A stretch of DNA of 64,000 nt. Origin: an uncultured bacterium. Its GTDB lineage: Bacteria > Cyanobacteriota > Cyanobacteriia > Cyanobacteriales > Chamaesiphonaceae. The first letter of the stretch is position 1; every line of letters starts with the position of its first letter. The position numbers and the translations under genes were made by a program. The notes under the pieces were generated by a model, which was given only the letters and a program-made list of their open reading frames with translations, was not told where the DNA came from and ran no database searches. This document shows positions 45,341 to 56,855 of the stretch, in pieces. Location of the stretch: NCBI GenBank assembly GCA_964247085.1, contig CAXTSX010000013.1, forward strand, positions 5,889 to 69,888. The letters run 5' to 3'.

Positions 45341-46927
45341 ATGTCCAAGGTTCTTGTTTCCGATCCAATTGACCAAGCTGGGATCGATATATTATCTCAA
45401 GTTGCGCAAGTGGATGTCAAAACTGGCCTGAAGCCAGACGAACTCCTCAAAATTATTGGGGACTACGACGCGATCATGATTCGGTCAGAAACCCGCGTAA
45501 CCAAAGAAATTATTGATGCCGCCAGCAAGCTCAAAATCATTGGTAGAGCTGGCGTGGGGGTCGATAACGTGGATGTCCCCGCTGCAACCCGTAAAGGCAT
45601 TGTGGTCGTCAACTCCCCAGAAGGAAATACGATTGCTGCCGCCGAACACGCCTTGGCCATGATGCTGTCTTTGGCACGTTACATTCCGGTGGCCAACCAA
45701 TCGATGAAAAATGGCGAATGGAACCGGAAGCTGTTCGTGGGTACCGAGGTTTACAAAAAAACCTTGGGCGTAGTAGGCTTAGGCAAAATTGGTTCCCATG
45801 TAGCCACAGTGGCCAGAGCCATGGGCATGAAACTATTAGCCTTCGATCCTTTTATCTCAGCGGAACGAGCCGAAGAACTGGGTTGTACCTTAGTAGAACT
45901 AGACTTACTATTCCGGCAATCCGATTACATTACTCTGCACATCCCAAAAACACCAGAAACAGCCAATATGATCAACGCCGAATCGATCGGCAAAATGAAG
46001 CCCACTGCTCGGATTATCAACTGTGCCCGGGGTGGCATTATTGATGAAGCCGCTTTAGCCGAAGCGATCACCAGTGGGAAAATTGCCGGGGCAGCGATCG
46101 ATGTATTTGCTCAAGAACCCCTCGGCGAATCTCCCTTACGATCTGTGGGCAAAGAATTAGTCCTCACCCCCCACCTAGGAGCCTCCACCGAAGAAGCTCA
46201 AGTGAATGTCGCCCTGGATGTCGCCGAGCAAATCCGGGACGTGTTGCTGGGCCTCCCCGCCAGGTCGGCAGTGAATATTCCTGGCCTCCGCGCCGAGGAT
46301 ATGGAGAACCTTAAGCCCTATCTACAACTAGCTGAAACCCTGGGCAATATGATTGGCCAGCTCGCTGGTGGCCGGATTGACCATCTCGATATTTCCTTCT
46401 TTGGCGATTTAGCCGAGCAACAGACCAAGCCCGTGGTAGTAGCCGCCCTTAAAGGTCTACTCACCAATGCCTTGCAAGAAAGGGTGAATTACGTCAACGC
46501 TGGCATTGAAGCCAAGGAACGGGGCATTAACGTCGTGGAAACCCGTGACCCTTCGCAGCGGGACTACGCTGGCTCGATGCAGCTCACGGCTAAGGGTACC
46601 CTTGGTCAACACAGCGTCACCGGCGCTTTACTCAGCCATGAGGAAATCCGGATTACCAGCGTTGATAACTTCCCGGTGAGCGTTTCCCCAACTCAAAACA
46701 TGCTGTTTACACTGCATGAAGATGTCCCCGGGATTATTGGCAACATTGGCTCTTTACTGGGCAAGTTCAATGTCAACATCGCCAGTATGCAAGTCGGGCG
46801 GAAAATTGTCCGGGGTGACGCGGTGATGGTGCTGAGTCTGGATGATCCATTACCCGATGGCATTTTGCCAGAAATCAGCAAAATCCCGGGCATCCGCGAT
46901 TCCTACACCGTAACCCTAAAAAGTTAA
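45341..46927 (+). CDS. serA: D-3-phosphoglycerate dehydrogenase (long form with ACT domain)
   Basis: MSKVLVSDPID..., NAD-binding GVVGLGKIGSHVA, catalytic region, C-terminal ACT-like domain. ATG at 45341 preferred. Confidence 0.92.
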   Translation: MSKVLVSDPIDQAGIDILSQVAQVDVKTGLKPDELLKIIGDYDAIMIRSETRVTKEIIDAASKLKIIGRAGVGVDNVDVPAATRKGIVVVNSPEGNTIAAAEHALAMMLSLARYIPVANQSMKNGEWNRKLFVGTEVYKKTLGVVGLGKIGSHVATVARAMGMKLLAFDPFISAERAEELGCTLVELDLLFRQSDYITLHIPKTPETANMINAESIGKMKPTARIINCARGGIIDEAALAEAITSGKIAGAAIDVFAQEPLGESPLRSVGKELVLTPHLGASTEEAQVNVALDVAEQIRDVLLGLPARSAVNIPGLRAEDMENLKPYLQLAETLGNMIGQLAGGRIDHLDISFFGDLAEQQTKPVVVAALKGLLTNALQERVNYVNAGIEAKERGINVVETRDPSQRDYAGSMQLTAKGTLGQHSVTGALLSHEEIRITSVDNFPVSVSPTQNMLFTLHEDVPGIIGNIGSLLGKFNVNIASMQVGRKIVRGDAVMVLSLDDPLPDGILPEISKIPGIRDSYTVTLKS

Positions 46928-46965
46928 CAGCTCAGCTCTTCTATACACATCTACCCTGCATCCGC

Positions 46966-47865
46966 ATGTCTTCCAATAAATGGTGGGAAATCGAAATCAA
47001 CTGTCATCCGATATTGGAGGAGACGATTTTCTGGCGATTGGAAAACTTCGGCTGCAAGGGGATGGCCACGCATCAACAGAGCGAAGGCTTAATGATTAAG
47101 GCTTATATCCCCCAAATTCAAGCTGATTTACCCAAACTTTCAGCTTTTTTGGCGCAGTTTGAGCAAGATGCCCGGCTGATGAAGGTTTCTGTGCCAATGG
47201 GCGGCTGTCGGCTGATTGATGAAGAAGACTGGGCAAAGAGCTGGAAAGATCACTGGCAAGCCATGGAAATTGGTAATCGCCTGTTGATCAATCCGGCTTG
47301 GTTAGAGCCACCAGTGACCGATCGCCTCATCATTAAGTTAGAACCTGGTTCGGCTTTTGGTACTGGTACTCATGCGACTACTCAGTTGTGTCTCAAAGCG
47401 CTAGAAATGCGGGTGAATCCCAGCCAGACGGGGCTAATTATTGGTGATTTGGGCTGCGGTTCGGGGATTTTGGGCGTGGCAGCCTTAATGCTGGGAGCGA
47501 AGCAAGTCTACGCCACTGACACTGATTCTTTAGCCGTGAAGGCCACCACTGAAAATATGGAATTGAATGGGCTGCCGATCGATCAGCTCCAAGTGGCCGA
47601 AGGCAGTATCGAAATGCTGCTGACTTTAATTCCCCAACCGTTGGATGGCTTTGTCTGCAATATTTTGGCCAATGTGATTATTGATTTAATCCCGCAGATG
47701 GGCGAGCTGGTGAAGCCGCGCGGCTGGGGGATTTTGAGTGGTATTCTCAGCTCTCAAGTATCCGATGTGGCGCAGCAGCTAGAAAACCATGGTTGGGATT
47801 TGGGTTCGGTCTGGCAACAAGAGGGCTGGGCTTGTTTGAATATTAAGCGATCGAAGGAGTCATAG
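46966..47865 (+). CDS. prmA: Ribosomal protein L11 methyltransferase
   Basis: FGTGTHATTQLCL, SAM motif DLGCGSGILG, N-terminal WWEIEI pattern. Confidence 0.9.
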   Translation: MSSNKWWEIEINCHPILEETIFWRLENFGCKGMATHQQSEGLMIKAYIPQIQADLPKLSAFLAQFEQDARLMKVSVPMGGCRLIDEEDWAKSWKDHWQAMEIGNRLLINPAWLEPPVTDRLIIKLEPGSAFGTGTHATTQLCLKALEMRVNPSQTGLIIGDLGCGSGILGVAALMLGAKQVYATDTDSLAVKATTENMELNGLPIDQLQVAEGSIEMLLTLIPQPLDGFVCNILANVIIDLIPQMGELVKPRGWGILSGILSSQVSDVAQQLENHGWDLGSVWQQEGWACLNIKRSKES

Positions 47866-47951
47866 ACGGCTTCTTATCCCTCCTTGAGAATCTGGCGCGT
47901 GATAGAATTAATCAAAGCATAACCTAGACCCCGCAAATGTTTGGAGGTTTT

Positions 47952-48566
47952 ATGACAGTAGCGGCCAATCCTACTCTATCGATCAACGATACTCAGCCAT
48001 TGCTACTTGATGTTAGCCATACAACTCTGACCGTTACAGCAGAGCAATTCGGTCGCCTATGCATTGATAATCCAGACTTACGACTGGAATTGACCCCGAA
48101 TAGAGAATTGATTGTCATGGCTCCAGCATTTTCTATTAGCAGTGAAAAGAATGGAGATTTGTCTGGGCAAGTTTGGTACTGGAATCGACAAACTGATTTG
48201 GGTCGAGCATTTGACTCATCGGGTGGCTATGACTTTATGGCACTCGGCGGTGGGATGCTCTCTCCTGATGTCTCTTGGATTGAAAAATCTCGCATGGAAG
48301 GTATTTCGATCGAACAATTCTGTCCGATCGTTCCTGATTTTGTAGTTGAGCTGCGATCGACCACGGATGGTTTAAAGCCGTTGCAGGAGAAAATGAAGGA
48401 ATATCAACGGTTGGGAGTGAGAATGGGTTTGCTCATCAATCCTAAAAACAATCAGGTAGAGATATACCGACCAGGACAAGAGCCAGAGGTATTAGAATAT
48501 CCTGTTTCGATCGATTGCAATGAAGTGATGCCCGGTTTTGTATTGAGCTTGAGTAAAATTTGGTGA
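47952..48566 (+). CDS. Uma2-family (DUF820) endonuclease-like protein
   Basis: ..ELTPNRELIVMAP.. and PDFVVELRS...KMKEY..GV..GLLINP are typical Uma2 motifs. The ATG is preceded by GGAGG. Confidence 0.8.
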   Translation: MTVAANPTLSINDTQPLLLDVSHTTLTVTAEQFGRLCIDNPDLRLELTPNRELIVMAPAFSISSEKNGDLSGQVWYWNRQTDLGRAFDSSGGYDFMALGGGMLSPDVSWIEKSRMEGISIEQFCPIVPDFVVELRSTTDGLKPLQEKMKEYQRLGVRMGLLINPKNNQVEIYRPGQEPEVLEYPVSIDCNEVMPGFVLSLSKIW

Positions 48567-48576
48567 TAATCGCCTC

Positions 48577-50859
<2,283 letters not shown>

Positions 50860-50955
50860 TCATTTTTACATTTCTGGGGATAATCAGGAAGCTGTTGACA
50901 AGACAATGCATTTGCATTACCTTTGAGATAAGCTCTAACAAAGACAGTTAATGCT

Positions 50956-51288
50956 ATGTCAACAACACTCTTTCCGTGCTCCGAATCTACTCTCACTGAT
51001 CGCTATCAAACAACAGTTCCGGCAGCTGTGCGCAAGTTTCTGGGCTTGAGCAAAAATGATAAAATACTTTATGTCACCCAATCTGATGGAAAAGTAATTA
51101 TTTCTCGCCTTGAACAGACAGAAAGCGATCCTATCTTGAAACCCTTTTTGGATTTTCTCTCCCAGGATATTGAAAATAATCCTCAGTGCTTGCAACCAAT
51201 AAGTTCTGATTTGATCAGTCGCGCTCAATCTCTTGTATCTGGGATTGTTGTTGATATTAACGAACCGCTTTCCGATGAGGATGAATAG
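50956..51288 (+). CDS. prlF: PrlF-family antitoxin (AbrB/SpoVT fold)
   Basis: ESTLTDRYQTTVPAAVRKFLGL..., FLDFLSQDIENNPQ and the acidic C-terminus VDINEPLSDEDE are collinear with E. coli PrlF as remembered. Confidence 0.75.
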   Translation: MSTTLFPCSESTLTDRYQTTVPAAVRKFLGLSKNDKILYVTQSDGKVIISRLEQTESDPILKPFLDFLSQDIENNPQCLQPISSDLISRAQSLVSGIVVDINEPLSDEDE

Positions 51289-51290
51289 AC

Positions 51291-51809
51291 TTGTCTGCTG
51301 ATCAACCGTTAGTAATTAATGGGTGGAGCGTATTTGCTCATCCGCTTTTTCTTAGACAGTTTGAAGAGCTTTTGGCACAAGTTGAAAACTTGCGGCAAAA
51401 GCATCCGAAAGACTACCAGAAGAAAAATGCCGCGAAGCGTTTAGTCGCTATAGTGAAGCTAGTATTTGATGTCATACCTCAAGATCCAACCCGTAATGAT
51501 TATTGCCAAGGTTCTACGCTTGGTGATGAATACAAGCATTGGTTCAGGGCAAAGTTTTTCCAGCAGTACCGATTATTTTTTAGATACCATCAAGAAAATA
51601 AAATTATTGTTTTTGTGTGGGTCAATGATGAAAACTCGAAAAGGGCATACGAAAGTAAAACTGATGCTTACCTAGTTTTCAAGAAAATGTTGGATGGTGG
51701 TTGTCCTCCAAATAATTGGAATGCTTTGCTTCAAAGCGCGCAGGATGAAGTTCAAACCGATCGGCTAGAGAAATTGACAAGAAAATATATTAGTGAGAAT
51801 GAAGAATAA
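51291..51809 (+). CDS. yhaV: YhaV-family toxin (ribonuclease)
   Basis: INGWSVFAHPLF..., YRLFFRYHQENKIIVFVWVNDENSKRAYESKTDAY.VFKKML and PPNNW are collinear with E. coli YhaV. TTG start 2 nt after prlF. Confidence 0.75.
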   Translation: MSADQPLVINGWSVFAHPLFLRQFEELLAQVENLRQKHPKDYQKKNAAKRLVAIVKLVFDVIPQDPTRNDYCQGSTLGDEYKHWFRAKFFQQYRLFFRYHQENKIIVFVWVNDENSKRAYESKTDAYLVFKKMLDGGCPPNNWNALLQSAQDEVQTDRLEKLTRKYISENEE

Positions 51810-51850
51810 TATGAAATAGTTGTTTTTTGCTATTATGCCAAGATAATAAA

Positions 51851-51878
51851 ACAGAACCGTTGCGAACAACGATTCTGT
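51851..51878. terminator. Hairpin between convergent yhaV and pilQ
   Basis: ACAGAACCGTTG-CGAA-CAACGATTCTGT, 11 of 12 bp paired. Confidence 0.5.
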
Positions 51879-51928
51879 GGAGCCTCAATTTGATGCGTGA
51901 GGTAGATTATTCCTGATTTAAGTGGTAA

Positions 51929-53671
51929 CTATGGACGTTGCATCATTTGACGAGCGTCGTTGCCAGGGGTGTAATTAACTTGGTTGGTGCCGTCGTTTAA
52001 GATGCGGGGGGTGAGTAGTACGATTACTTCTTGGCGAGAGTTGGCTTTGGAGGTGCTGCGGAATAATGCGCCCAAAATGGGGATGTCTCCTAAAATTGGT
52101 ACTTTGCTGACTGTAGTTCGATCGGACTCTTGGATGATTCCAGACATGATCAAAGTTTGACCATCGCGCAAGCGGATTTCGCCAGAAGTGAGCGTCCGTT
52201 CTTGGAGCAGAGAGATATTTCCATCAGGAGTTACCACTGAGCCACTAAGAGCTGATACAGTTGGTGATACGCCTACTGATACAAATCCATTATCATCAAT
52301 CCGATTGACAGAAACATCTAAGGTAAGACCTGCATTTCTGATAATCGGCTTTCGAGCAACAGTTGAACTAGTACTGGAACCAGTAGTAGAAACAAGAGAC
52401 TCAAAACCACCAAATACCTCTTGAGTTAGTTTAACTTTAGAAGTTTGACCTTCCTGAACGACCATTGTGGGGTCAGTCAAGATTTTACCGTTACCAGACA
52501 CAATCTGTGCTTGTAATGTCGATAAAAACTTACTAGGAACATTAAACCCGGGAACAGTAGTGGTACGAGTAATAACTGCTGGATCAAGAGTCACAGTAGT
52601 AGTTGTTGGTGGCACGCCAATCACAGGACCTCCATTACTGGTAATAGTTGGGTTTAGGGCGTTGGATGTACCCAATGGATTATTCCCACCATAGTTGAAA
52701 ACTGCGGCTCCGCCATCTACAGCCAACAAACCATTTCCTGTTCCAAACGATAAGCTATTTTTCAACTCATCAGAATTATTTAAGTTGACATCTATAATTT
52801 TAACGTTAAGCGCTACCTGACGGCGACGAGCATCCAAACGAGTTAACATCGCAGTTGCTAATTCCACCTTGCGGAGAGAGCCAACCACAGTAATTGAATT
52901 CATCCGAGAATCAGAACTAATCGAAAGACCTTTTAACAACAAAGGAGAATTACCTTCAGTAGCTCTTAAGTTCAGGATTTCTGGAGTTCTAGTTTCTACA
53001 GTCCGCGCCGCTGCACCTTCCCCAAAACTTTGAATCTGTACCTTGTCCCGAGCGATTTGAGTTTCCGCACCTTGCGTAGTCAAAAAAGCCGATGCCGCTT
53101 CCGCGCTCACCTGGTTCATCCGCAAAGTCCGCACCACCGTACCCCGAATCGAATCCGGTAACTTTGGACCAACAAATACAGTATTGCCTACCCGATTCGC
53201 TTCATAACCACTAATTTGCAAAACATAGTTAAAAGCATTTTCCACCGGCTCATTCTTCAGATTGAGCGAAATAGTTGGTTCCGGTAGCTTTTTGCCGCTG
53301 GCATCAAAATTACTGCCGCCAGCATAAGCCAAGTTCAAGCCGGCATTGCGCGACAGCATTTCTAACACTTCACGAGCAGGCGCTTCTTTGAGTACGATCG
53401 ACACCTTCGCATTAGAATCCAGTCTAATAGCAGGCGAGGTCGCATCCAAACTAGAAACACTAATATCACCAACTGGTGGAGCTACCGCCCGAGTTCTAGT
53501 GGTTGCCGCAGGTAAAGTTGTACCAACTGGCACATTGCCAGCATTATCAGTAATCGTAACGTTAGGATTAGGCACCAAAGGCTGGGGTTGAGCCATCGCT
53601 GGCTGAGCAGCAGCCACAGTCGCCATACTGCCTAATACAATTTGGGTAAATTTCTTGGATAGTTTTCTCAC
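51929..53671 (-). CDS. pilQ: Type IV pilus secretin PilQ
   Basis: 580 aa with a signal peptide and an AMIN-like N-domain. Secretin C-terminal motif VSKVPILGDIPILGALFRST. GTG start. Confidence 0.9.
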   Translation of the reverse strand: MRKLSKKFTQIVLGSMATVAAAQPAMAQPQPLVPNPNVTITDNAGNVPVGTTLPAATTRTRAVAPPVGDISVSSLDATSPAIRLDSNAKVSIVLKEAPAREVLEMLSRNAGLNLAYAGGSNFDASGKKLPEPTISLNLKNEPVENAFNYVLQISGYEANRVGNTVFVGPKLPDSIRGTVVRTLRMNQVSAEAASAFLTTQGAETQIARDKVQIQSFGEGAAARTVETRTPEILNLRATEGNSPLLLKGLSISSDSRMNSITVVGSLRKVELATAMLTRLDARRRQVALNVKIIDVNLNNSDELKNSLSFGTGNGLLAVDGGAAVFNYGGNNPLGTSNALNPTITSNGGPVIGVPPTTTTVTLDPAVITRTTTVPGFNVPSKFLSTLQAQIVSGNGKILTDPTMVVQEGQTSKVKLTQEVFGGFESLVSTTGSSTSSTVARKPIIRNAGLTLDVSVNRIDDNGFVSVGVSPTVSALSGSVVTPDGNISLLQERTLTSGEIRLRDGQTLIMSGIIQESDRTTVSKVPILGDIPILGALFRSTSKANSRQEVIVLLTPRILNDGTNQVNYTPGNDARQMMQRP

Positions 53672-53734
53672 GATCGAATTCCTAAAGCAGAGGTTTAGTT
53701 GTAATTGAGGGCAAAAATGAAGGCATTAGCTAGA

Positions 53735-54481
53735 TTATTTAGCAGCGGCAGGTGGTGGAACTGCGGCAGCAGCAGCTTCCTCTGCCGTCAGAGGAATTAC
53801 GGCCTGTAGTTTAAACTTAGTCTTGATTTTGGGAGTCGATGAGATGACACCACTACCATTTAAGTTATTCGCAGTAAATGGGATCAAATCCGCTTGAAAA
53901 TCTTTCACAATTAATAATTGATCTAGTCTTTCTACCGTGCGTAGAATCGATTGCAGCTGCTCGAAACTGCCGTCGACTTCAATGTCGGTAGATCTGCGGC
54001 GCAATTTAGCATTTAAAGCCGAACCCAAAGAGCTATCATTAATTACACCAGTAGCAGCAGCGTCGGGATTGAACTTTTGTAGTTCACCTTGTCTGGTATT
54101 AATCAGTTTGTTTAAATCCAACAACAAAGTATCTAGTTTTTGATCATTCGCAAACAAGGCTAATACTGCTTGTTGCTGAACTTTAACCTTCTCCAGCTTG
54201 ACTTTAGCTTCGGCAATTTTCTTGGCATTGTCTTGTCGTTCTTGAATTTGTTGTTGCAAACCACTAAGCTTAGCTTGTAGTTCTTGATTAGCCTGCTGTT
54301 GGGGCATTAAATTGGTGTACCCAAAATAACCAGCGCCAGCAAAACCAATCACGGCTAACACTCCACCCAGCAACATCGGCGACAGATCAATCCCAAAGAG
54401 CGAGGGATAAGTTGGTGCCTGATCTAGATAAGTAGAATCATCTAGTTGAGAACTGGTCATCAAATCTTCGCTGTATGTCAT
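53735..54481 (-). CDS. pilO: Type IV pilus assembly protein PilO-like
   Basis: 248 aa with a single TM and a coiled coil, positioned between pilN and pilQ. The start overlaps the pilN stop (ATGA). Confidence 0.75.
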   Translation of the reverse strand: MTYSEDLMTSSQLDDSTYLDQAPTYPSLFGIDLSPMLLGGVLAVIGFAGAGYFGYTNLMPQQQANQELQAKLSGLQQQIQERQDNAKKIAEAKVKLEKVKVQQQAVLALFANDQKLDTLLLDLNKLINTRQGELQKFNPDAAATGVINDSSLGSALNAKLRRRSTDIEVDGSFEQLQSILRTVERLDQLLIVKDFQADLIPFTANNLNGSGVISSTPKIKTKFKLQAVIPLTAEEAAAAAVPPPAAAK

Positions 54482-55422
54482 GGCTTAATCACCTGCTGTT
54501 GCTGTAAACTTTTGAGCCTAGTAACTAGTCCGATCGCTCCTTTTTGCTCTAAGTCTCGCAGCAATTCTGGTGCTGGCACTTGTTTAAGCGATGTTTGTAT
54601 TTCGTACTTAACGGCTTTAATCGGAATAATAGTGGTATTGGCACCAGTACCAGTAATGTTTGCGCCCTCCTGAACGAGATTCGCGGTCACTAGTTGGATG
54701 TCGTTAGGATTGATAAAAGCTGATTTTTTCAAGGTCAACATAAAGCTGTTGACATCGTTGAAAGACTGGGCAATGCCAGTGACTTTGATTTTAGTCATCG
54801 GCGCATCTAACACACCACTAGTAGTGGCCACTGCGGTAGCTCCGGGAGTGTTTGCCGCTGGGCTAGGTGCTCCGGGGGTGGCTGCGGGGCTAGGTGCCGC
54901 ACCGGGATCCGGTGGGGGAGCTGCGGCTTTAGCCAAAACACTGCCATCGCGGCCAGTTGGTAAGGCTGCGCCTTTGGCCGGTGCCGCAGTCGGAGGAGGT
55001 GGGGCAATTTGTCCGATCGTCTGGATCTGTACACCCTGGGGAATGCTTTCTCGGAAATCTTGTAAAATCGCCGACCATGGACGCACGGAGTTAAATACTC
55101 CGGCTAAAGCTTTAGATTCGCCTTCAATCCGGCTAACTTGACCATTGAGACCAGCTAATTCGGTTTCTTGGGTTTTGAGCTTGCCCAGTTGTTGATCAAG
55201 CTCAGCTTGCTTGGCTTGGAGGGTTTTGGCTTGCTGATCCAGCATTAACCAACCGCCAGCGGTGGCTAAAATCGCCGCCAATCCAATTCCCAGTCCAATA
55301 TACATGGGGGTTTTGGAATAGCTGACTTGGTTGTTGCTAGCAAAGCTCGTCCCATCAGCTTTGACTACATTTCCTTGGTACTCTGGCCGATCTTTGAGAA
55401 AATTAATGTCAATGTTATACAT
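54478..55422 (-). CDS. pilN: Type IV pilus assembly protein PilN-like with a Pro/Ala-rich insertion
   Basis: MYNIDINFLKDRP, a TM segment and a coiled coil, then a ~70-aa P/A/T-rich segment. It lies 4 nt after pilM. Confidence 0.75.
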   Translation of the reverse strand: MYNIDINFLKDRPEYQGNVVKADGTSFASNNQVSYSKTPMYIGLGIGLAAILATAGGWLMLDQQAKTLQAKQAELDQQLGKLKTQETELAGLNGQVSRIEGESKALAGVFNSVRPWSAILQDFRESIPQGVQIQTIGQIAPPPPTAAPAKGAALPTGRDGSVLAKAAAPPPDPGAAPSPAATPGAPSPAANTPGATAVATTSGVLDAPMTKIKVTGIAQSFNDVNSFMLTLKKSAFINPNDIQLVTANLVQEGANITGTGANTTIIPIKAVKYEIQTSLKQVPAPELLRDLEQKGAIGLVTRLKSLQQQQVIKP

Positions 55423-55426
55423 GATT

Positions 55427-56542
55427 TTACTGCGCCTCCCGCATACCTAAGCCCAGAGCAATTCCCAAACCTGGTCTTTGCATCAGTGGAATATCTAAGT
55501 TGGTGTCAATTCCCAAGGAAGAAATGGGATCAATTTGGGTAGTAGGAATACCCAATCTTTGGGTGAAAAATAGATCGAGCTGTCCTAAACCACCGCCGGG
55601 ACCGGCCAGGAGTAGTTGCTCAATGTGCAAATGACTACTGTGGTTCATATAGAAATCGATCGATCGCCGAATTTCGTCAGCTAGATCAGCCAGAACTCTC
55701 ATCAAGGCTTGAATACCAGGACTGATAGTTTGCTCACTCATCGTCATGGTGCCGATGCTACTCACAGGGATGTCGGGAATAGTGAGATTTTGGAGAATAT
55801 CGGAACTGCGTTCAGTGGGCATATTCATGCCGTTACCGAGGGCTTCTTGTAATTGTTGAGTGCCGATCGATACCGTCCGATTAAAGTGCGGCACCCCATT
55901 GACGACGATCGCAATTTCAGTACTATCAAACTCGATATCGATCAGTACTACTGCTTCTTGTGGCCCAAATTGGCGCAACTGTTCCTTAATGGTGCGTAGC
56001 AAAGAAAAGCTATTGATTTCTAGGGTCTTAACACTCAACCCCGCCAATCTAAATGTTTCAATATAGCTATCAGTAACTTCCCGGCGGGTGGCGGCCAGCA
56101 TTATCTGCATTTTCTCTAGACCATCTTCATCAGTAATGATATCTAGTTTCTGATAATCAATATCTACTTCTTCGCGGGGGTAGGGCAAATACAAAGCTGC
56201 TTCATGATTCAAGATCATGTCGTGCAGCTCCAAGTCGCTCAACTCCGCTGGCATCGGAATTAGTCTGGTAACTGCTTCTCGCATGGGCACAGCAGTACAG
56301 ACGTATTTGGCTTTGATTTTATGATCTGCTAAAGTGGCAGCAATTAAATCAGCTAGTTCTGACTGGTTAACAATTCTTCCCTCTTCAAAGACTCCTGCGG
56401 GTACTTCGGTAGAACAGAGGTTCATCAGCTTGACTTCAGCACCCTGTTTTTTAAGTTGCACTACATTGATCCTTTCCGGCCCTAGCTCAATAGCCACGCC
56501 TTGGCTACTTCTGGGAATTAGATCTTTTAGACGATTTAACAT
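55427..56542 (-). CDS. pilM: Type IV pilus assembly protein PilM (actin-like ATPase fold)
   Basis: 371 aa. GVAIELGPERINVVQL... and LLLAGPGGGLGQLD are typical PilM sequence. First gene of the pilMNOQ operon. Confidence 0.9.
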   Translation of the reverse strand: MLNRLKDLIPRSSQGVAIELGPERINVVQLKKQGAEVKLMNLCSTEVPAGVFEEGRIVNQSELADLIAATLADHKIKAKYVCTAVPMREAVTRLIPMPAELSDLELHDMILNHEAALYLPYPREEVDIDYQKLDIITDEDGLEKMQIMLAATRREVTDSYIETFRLAGLSVKTLEINSFSLLRTIKEQLRQFGPQEAVVLIDIEFDSTEIAIVVNGVPHFNRTVSIGTQQLQEALGNGMNMPTERSSDILQNLTIPDIPVSSIGTMTMSEQTISPGIQALMRVLADLADEIRRSIDFYMNHSSHLHIEQLLLAGPGGGLGQLDLFFTQRLGIPTTQIDPISSLGIDTNLDIPLMQRPGLGIALGLGMREAQ

Positions 56543-56855
56543 AAGCTTATTTGCGCATACCTGGAAAATTCACAAGCGGTGTATCAGTTAGCTGTTATGA
56601 CTCTGATGAACGATCTGGACCGACAAGACCAAGTTGTTTTTCCTAGATTGAAGGAGATAACTTCAGTTCATGAGATAGCCTCTCCCCTTAACTTACCCAG
56701 AAAATACCAGCGCCTAAACACTAAGCGGGAAATAATACTAAAGTTGCGGCGTGCTAGCGCTAGTTGTATTGGTATTGCTCGGTTACAATGGTTAAAGCAG
56801 CAATCTCAGTCCCAGCAATGCCCCCGGGCAGTTTTTCAGCGATCAGGAAATTATC

